Positions 15,929-20,343 of a stretch of DNA of 20,343 bases are shown one piece after another. Below the pieces are notes generated by a model. It did not search any database. It saw only the letters and a list, made by a program, of their open reading frames with translations, and was not told the origin of the DNA. Each line of letters opens with the position of its first letter. The first letter of the stretch is position 1. Source of the DNA: Candidatus Diapherotrites archaeon CG10_big_fil_rev_8_21_14_0_10_31_34 (GTDB lineage: Archaea > Iainarchaeota > Iainarchaeia > Iainarchaeales > 1-14-0-10-31-34); assembly GCA_002763225.1 (NCBI GenBank), contig PFAI01000003.1, forward strand, positions 1 through 20,343, given 5' to 3'. Position numbers and translations under genes: made by a program.

Positions 15929-17766
15929 TAAATTCCCTTCCTTAACCAATCCAGATTCTGTGAAAACAATTCTCTTATATCATTTAGTTTAAGCTTGAAC
16001 ATTGCTAATCTGTCCATTCCTAAACCCCAAGCCAAACACTTTTCTTTTATTCCAAGGTTTTCAGTTATTTCTGCCCTGAAAATTCCTGCACCACCGAATT
16101 CAACCCAGCCTAATTCAGGGTGTAATGCATTTAACTGAACTGATGGTTCGGTAAAAGGATAATAGTCAGGCAAAAACTTTACTTTTTCGGCTCCGGCAAT
16201 TTCTACTGCAAATTCTTTTAGCAATCCAAGCAATTTTCTTAAAGTAAAATCTTTTCCAACAACAAATCCTTCCATTTGATTGAATTCAATTAAATGAGTT
16301 GCATCAACTACATCAGGCCTAAAACAACGGGCTAAAGTAAAATATTTTCCAGGAACTTCAATTCCTTTAACCAACTGTCTTGCAGAATGAGCTGTTCCAT
16401 GAGCTGAAGGCATTAACTGTTCAGCAATTTTTTCACTCCACTCATAATTCCAGCCCATGCTTTCAGCTTTTCCCCCGTTTTCATGGGCATTTTTTATTGT
16501 TTCAACAATTTTTTTTTCAGGAAGTTTTCCATGAGTAGGCTTCTTTAATTTGTATGTGTCAGTCCAGGTTCTTGCAGGATGATTTTGTGGCTGAAACAAT
16601 ACATCAAAATTATAGAATTCCTGTACAATCAAAGGGTTTTCCATTTCTTTAAACCCTAATGAAACCAGTTTTTGTTTTATTTCATCAACAAATTTATAGT
16701 AAGGCTGTTTTTTTCCTGGATAAACTTCTTCAACCGGGTCCTGAATATTATAATTTCTTATTATTTTTGCATTCAATAAATTTTCTGAACTTCTTGTTTC
16801 TTTTATTGATTCATTTGCACTAAAACCTTTTTCTGTAATTGAAATAAATTCATTTCCTTTTTCTTTGTGTTTTAAAAATCCTTTTCTAAAACCTAAAAAC
16901 TTCAAAACTTGTTTTTCTTTTTCATTTAAGTTTTTTTCTTCTAATTCTTTTTCCCCTATTTTTTCCAGTATTAATTCTTCTTCAGTTTTTTTCTCTAAAA
17001 ACTCTTTTCCTTTTTCTGTGATTTTAACAGTTAATTCTTTTTCTTTTTTTAATTCAATTAAATCCTTTTTTTTTGCGTTTCCTAAAGCAATATTTATTTC
17101 CTGTTTTGAAATGCTTTTAATTTCTGATAAACTTTTCCAGTTTTCGTTTAACTCTTTTAAAAAGTTTTTTTCCGGCAAACCGTCTTTTACTGCTTTTAAT
17201 CCTTCAATTCCAAGTGAAACAAAAACCTGTTTTTCAATTCTTGCTTTTCCTAATTCTTTTTCATTCAGCCATTGAATTGCTCTTCTGGCTGAATCTAATT
17301 CAATTCCTGTTTTTTCGCTTAATTCCTGAACGCTTAATTCTTTTTTTTCTTCAGCTAAAACCTTTAATGTTTTTCTTTCAATTTCACTTAACTCTGAAAC
17401 AATTTTTTTTGCAGAATCATCCAAGCCAACTGCATTAATTTTCATTTCTTTTTTTCCTTCTTTAATTTCATTTTTTTTAATTTCAATTTTACTTTTTTTT
17501 TCTTGAATTCCTTCTTGAGTTTCTTTTTCCCAAACTTTTGCTTTTCCTTTTTCTAAAATCAATTCAATTTTTCCTTCTGCAGTTAATCTTATTTTCTTTA
17601 ATTCCACTAAATAATCTATTGCAGTGGAAAAAGTCTGGTACATCATTTGTTTTGGAAGCTTTTTCCATAACTCTGTTTTGCTTAATTTTTCTTTTGATTT
17701 CTTAATAGTATTTTCAACCATTGCAATAGTATCTAATCTGGGAGAATGAATGTGTTTTTTATCCAT
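15928..17766 (-). CDS. pheS: Phenylalanine--tRNA ligase alpha subunit with an extra ~107-aa N-terminal extension (wHTH-like domain plus linker)
   Basis: NFDVLFQPQNHPAR, RCFRPDVVDATHLIEFNQMEG, YYPFTEPS, WGLGMDRLAM. First ATG at 17766. An internal ATG at 17445 would give a conventional-length 505-aa protein. Confidence 0.96.
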   Translation of the reverse strand: MDKKHIHSPRLDTIAMVENTIKKSKEKLSKTELWKKLPKQMMYQTFSTAIDYLVELKKIRLTAEGKIELILEKGKAKVWEKETQEGIQEKKSKIEIKKNEIKEGKKEMKINAVGLDDSAKKIVSELSEIERKTLKVLAEEKKELSVQELSEKTGIELDSARRAIQWLNEKELGKARIEKQVFVSLGIEGLKAVKDGLPEKNFLKELNENWKSLSEIKSISKQEINIALGNAKKKDLIELKKEKELTVKITEKGKEFLEKKTEEELILEKIGEKELEEKNLNEKEKQVLKFLGFRKGFLKHKEKGNEFISITEKGFSANESIKETRSSENLLNAKIIRNYNIQDPVEEVYPGKKQPYYKFVDEIKQKLVSLGFKEMENPLIVQEFYNFDVLFQPQNHPARTWTDTYKLKKPTHGKLPEKKIVETIKNAHENGGKAESMGWNYEWSEKIAEQLMPSAHGTAHSARQLVKGIEVPGKYFTLARCFRPDVVDATHLIEFNQMEGFVVGKDFTLRKLLGLLKEFAVEIAGAEKVKFLPDYYPFTEPSVQLNALHPELGWVEFGGAGIFRAEITENLGIKEKCLAWGLGMDRLAMFKLKLNDIRELFSQNLDWLRKGI

Positions 17767-17775
17767 AAAAATCAA

Positions 17776-17813
17776 TTATATAAGTTTATATAATAAGGTT
17801 TATATAACTTTTC
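17776..17813. promoter_or_regulatory. Divergent pheS/nob1 promoter with three TTATATAA palindromes
   Basis: TTATATAA at 17776-17783, 17786-17793 and 17800-17807. The third copy is -29..-22 from the nob1 ATG and is preceded on the - strand by BRE-like GGAAAAG. Confidence 0.65.
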
Positions 17814-17828
17814 CTTCCCTTTCTTTTT

Positions 17829-18203
17829 ATGTCAAATTATGTAATGGATTCAGCTGTAATTTTAAACAACTTTAATTTTTCTTTTGGAGAAGATGTTTAT
17901 TTTACTTCAAACGAAATTTTGGATGAAATAATTGATTTTCGGTCAAAACATTTAGTTGAAATAGGATTAAAGCAAGGCAAAATCAAGGTAAGAGAACCAA
18001 AAAAAGATTCAATTAATTTAATTAAAAAAGCTGCAAATGAATTAAATATCCCTCATAAGCTTTCTTTAGCAGATATTTCTGTTTTAGCTCTTGCATTTGA
18101 ATTAAAGTTTCCTTTGCTCACAGACGACTATCATATCCATAAAGTCTGCTTAAAATTAGATTTAGAATTTGATTCAGTTTTTCGGGAAAAAATTGAAAAA
18201 TAA
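17829..18203 (+). CDS. nob1: Nob1-like PIN-domain ribonuclease lacking the C-terminal zinc ribbon
   Basis: YVMDS, 'TSNEILDEI', LSLADISVLALAFEL and LLTDDY are PIN/Nob1 acidic motifs. The ORF stops at ...REKIEK. Confidence 0.8.
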   Translation: MSNYVMDSAVILNNFNFSFGEDVYFTSNEILDEIIDFRSKHLVEIGLKQGKIKVREPKKDSINLIKKAANELNIPHKLSLADISVLALAFELKFPLLTDDYHIHKVCLKLDLEFDSVFREKIEK

Positions 18204-18207
18204 GTTA

Positions 18208-18696
18208 TTAAATAATTCTTCTTTTTGTTATAGTTTTTTTTGCAGAATTCCTTATGTTTTTTAATACAGGACCATATTTTGTTTTAGGTCTTAATTTAAT
18301 TTTGCTGGATTGCCCGTTTCTTATAGTTACTGTTTTTGCCTGTCTAATTATTTTTATTGCCTGGTTTTTATCGATTTTTCCTAATTGCATTAATTCTTTA
18401 ATTATTTTTTCATCAGTTATCCCTTTTTTTGGATCTCTTGCTTCCACTAATCTTAAAACAGCGGTTTCTCTGGTTTTCCAGTAATCAGTTATTCCTTTTT
18501 TATAAGCTTCTTGTGCTCCTAGATTTTTATAGGCTGCTATTGAACTTAGACTTTTTGCATGCCAATTTTCCATAAAATTTGTTATTGTTAATTTAGCGTT
18601 TTTTCCTTTTTCTTCATTAAATGTTTGAATAAAATCTAACCAGTAAGCGGTTTCAGTGCTCCATTTTTTCCCTGCTCCCTCATATAATTCAAACAT
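18208..18696 (-). CDS. Hypothetical protein (162 aa, very basic C-terminus)
   Basis: ATG-started ORF filling the gap, with its own BRE/TATA upstream. No motif recognised. Confidence 0.7.
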   Translation of the reverse strand: MFELYEGAGKKWSTETAYWLDFIQTFNEEKGKNAKLTITNFMENWHAKSLSSIAAYKNLGAQEAYKKGITDYWKTRETAVLRLVEARDPKKGITDEKIIKELMQLGKIDKNQAIKIIRQAKTVTIRNGQSSKIKLRPKTKYGPVLKNIRNSAKKTITKRRII

Positions 18697-18729
18697 TTTT
18701 TTTCACTTAAACAATTAACTCTATCAAAC

Positions 18730-18745
18730 TATAAAAGTCTTTTCG
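18730..18745 (-). promoter_or_regulatory. Archaeal BRE-TATA promoter for the 162-aa gene
   Basis: The - strand reads CGAAAAGAC-TTTTATA, 34-49 nt upstream of ATG 18696. Confidence 0.55.
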
Positions 18746-18858
18746 TTTCTTCGGCGGGGCAGAAATCCTCTGAATTGAATTTTAAATTGCCTTGAATAAG
18801 CAAATAAACAGGTTTTATGAATCCGGTTTTTGTTTTTTATAAATGATTTTTACAGAGC

Positions 18859-20052
18859 TCATTTCTTCTTAAAAATGATTTCTATTACATCCCTGCTTTT
18901 TAGTTCATGTTCTTTTCCAATCATCTGCTTTGTCTTGACATCTATTGCGCGGATAAATCCTTCCCCTATATCTGTATGAAGCTTGAAAGCAAAATCCAAT
19001 GCAGTTGAACCAGAAGGCAGCAAAAAGCAGTCTGGAAGCGTTCTTCCTTCTGAATCAACCAATCCTTTTACTCCTCCGGGAAAAATCGCAATATATTTTA
19101 GTAAATCAAATACAGCTATATCAAGTATTTCTTGTATTCCTGTGCTTCCAAATTTTTCCAAAACATTTTCTTTAATATAATTTAATCCTTTTTCCTGTTT
19201 TTCATTTAATTCTTTCAATTTAGTGAATTCTTTTTCTCCTGGAAAATACTCTAAGCTTTTGTCTTTTGCTGCTTTCTTTAAAGTTAATTCTGCTACAGCA
19301 GAACAGGCAATAATTATTTTGTCAGGAAACTTTTCCTTTAATTTTTTTAATGCTTTTTCTGAAGAAATATCTGCTTTGTTTGCTGCAATAATAATCGGTT
19401 TGCTTTCCTCTCTGACTTTTGTTGCAAATTCCTGAAAATCTTGTTCATTCCATTCAGAAAAACTTTTTCCCCATAAACCAAGTTTTGACACTGCTTTGTC
19501 TAACTGTAATGCATTTGCTCCGATTCCACTCAAATTTTGTGCCATTAAATTCAGTTTCTTATTTTTTTCGTTTTCTCTTACCTTAGAAAACTTGTTCCAG
19601 TTTTTTTTGATTATCCCTAAAAACCATGCATCAATTTCTTTTTCCAAAAAAAGAATGTCGTTTGCAGGATCATAACTTTCTTTTTCCACTGGTTCTCCTT
19701 TTTCATTAGTGCTTCCGCTTAAATCAATTACATGAATTAATGCATCTGCTTTTCTTAAATCGTCTAAAAACTTGTTTCCTAATCCTTTTCCTTCTGATGC
19801 TCCCGGAACTAACCCTGCTACATCAATTAATTCAACCGGAACAAACCTTATTCCTTTAACACAAGAACCAGTTCTTGGATTGCACTGTACTCCAAATTCT
19901 TTGTCAACGCATTCAACTCTGACAAAACCTGTTCCTTTGTTTGGCTCTATTGTAGTAAAAGGATAATTCTGCATTTCAACATCAATTAAAGTTGAAGCAC
20001 CAAAAAAAGTGCTTTTGCCTGTGTTTGGTTTTCCTACTACGCCTATTTGCAT
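18859..20052 (-). CDS. ychF: Obg-superfamily YchF/Ygr210-like translation-associated GTPase with a C-terminal TGS domain
   Basis: GKPNTGKST, NYPFTTIEPN, DVAGLVPGASEGKGLGNKFL, NKAD, and the TGS motif 'GSTALDFAFKLHTDIGEGF'. First ATG at 20052. Confidence 0.93.
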   Translation of the reverse strand: MQIGVVGKPNTGKSTFFGASTLIDVEMQNYPFTTIEPNKGTGFVRVECVDKEFGVQCNPRTGSCVKGIRFVPVELIDVAGLVPGASEGKGLGNKFLDDLRKADALIHVIDLSGSTNEKGEPVEKESYDPANDILFLEKEIDAWFLGIIKKNWNKFSKVRENEKNKKLNLMAQNLSGIGANALQLDKAVSKLGLWGKSFSEWNEQDFQEFATKVREESKPIIIAANKADISSEKALKKLKEKFPDKIIIACSAVAELTLKKAAKDKSLEYFPGEKEFTKLKELNEKQEKGLNYIKENVLEKFGSTGIQEILDIAVFDLLKYIAIFPGGVKGLVDSEGRTLPDCFLLPSGSTALDFAFKLHTDIGEGFIRAIDVKTKQMIGKEHELKSRDVIEIIFKKK

Positions 20053-20102
20053 GTCAATCAAATGATTTTTTATGCATTAACTTCTTTAATTATATGGAGA
20101 AC

Positions 20103-20343
20103 ATGAGTGAATTATGGACAGATAAATTTTTTCCAAAAAACCTGGAAGAATTTATAGGAAACACTGATTTAGTTCAAAAAGCTCTTTTATGGAGCAAGCA
20201 ATGGAATCAAGGCAATAAACAAAAGCCATTGCTTTTATTCGGTCAGACTGGTTCAGGCAAAACTGCTTTAGCCTATCTTTTAGCTAAAATTAATTCCTGG
20301 AGCATTTTTGAATTAAATGCAAGTGATTTCAGAAACAAGGATT
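20103..20343 (+). CDS. rfcL: Replication factor C large subunit, 5' part (truncated by the window end; not in the ORF track)
   Basis: MSELWTDKFFPKNLEEFIGN...WSKQW...KPLLLFGQTGSGKTALAYLLA....SIFELNASDFR shows RFC box II, Walker A and ELNASD. GGAG upstream. Confidence 0.9.
   Translation, partial: MSELWTDKFFPKNLEEFIGNTDLVQKALLWSKQWNQGNKQKPLLLFGQTGSGKTALAYLLAKINSWSIFELNASDFRNKD

Larger units (their letters stand above)
15838..15942 (-). repeat. Three degenerate copies of AGGAA(N)GGA(N)TTTAATG at the pheS / micro-ORF / pheT junctions
   Basis: AGGAAGGGAATTTAATG (15942-15926), AGGAAAGGATTTAATG (15894-15879), AGGAAATGGATTTTTAATG (15856-15838). Confidence 0.8.

Noticed and set aside
17446..17520. 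Homopolymer A/T runs as phase-variation or programmed frameshift sites
   Set aside because: Runs of 7-9 nt are ubiquitous in this Lys/Phe-rich sequence and none interrupts a recognisable gene.
17829..18696. PIN gene plus convergent basic ORF as a toxin-antitoxin pair
   Set aside because: Convergent orientation, Nob1-type motifs (LSxAD, TDDY) and no antitoxin-like fold.
18745..18780. GC-rich patch as a tRNA fragment or att site
   Set aside because: No T-arm GTTCRA motif, CCA end or cloverleaf, and no integrase nearby.
999..19966. Many antisense or alternate-frame ORFs in the track (e.g. 1229-1759, 3845-4417, 6890-7186, 8710-9045, 11925-12362, 16865-17275)
   Set aside because: They lie within well-supported genes and are mostly F/S/L/I-rich shadow translations with no motifs.
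1..20343. Recoded stop codons or an alternative genetic code
   Set aside because: Conserved genes are full length under code 11. TGA ends cdc48 and ychF, and TAG ends the surface protein at its expected C-terminus.

Overview
AT-rich archaeal chromosomal window read with standard code 11 (TAA, TAG and TGA all end recognisable genes). Gene content and style suggest a DPANN archaeon, possibly Iainarchaeota/Diapherotrites; this is inference only. Housekeeping genes: cdc48, orc1/cdc6, pheS-pheT, a Nob1-like PIN nuclease, an Obg/YchF-family TGS GTPase, the 5' end of rfcL, an EamA transporter and the 3' end of an HD-domain gene. A large secreted beta-propeller/PKD protein ends in LPETG-TM-RKKK. The best candidate new system spans 4917-10151. 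Two convergent operons carry six class III signal-peptide (type IV pilin-like) genes plus a GT4 glycosyltransferase. They are flanked by an M50 site-2 protease and a membrane-tethered ArsR-type wHTH regulator with a LolA/RseB-like outer domain. Both pilin operons carry a related pseudo-palindrome (ideal form CGTTGATCAACG) at exactly -52..-41 from the start codon, just upstream of BRE/TATA. One pilin (55 aa) is missing from the ORF track and another appears to start at ATA. A second oddity is the pheS-pheT operon: PheS has an extra N-terminal wHTH domain, and two 15- and 13-aa micro-ORFs link pheS to pheT through three consecutive TAATG stop/start overlaps. No rRNA, tRNA, CRISPR array or mobile element was seen. 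All family calls come from motif recognition by eye; no database search was run.
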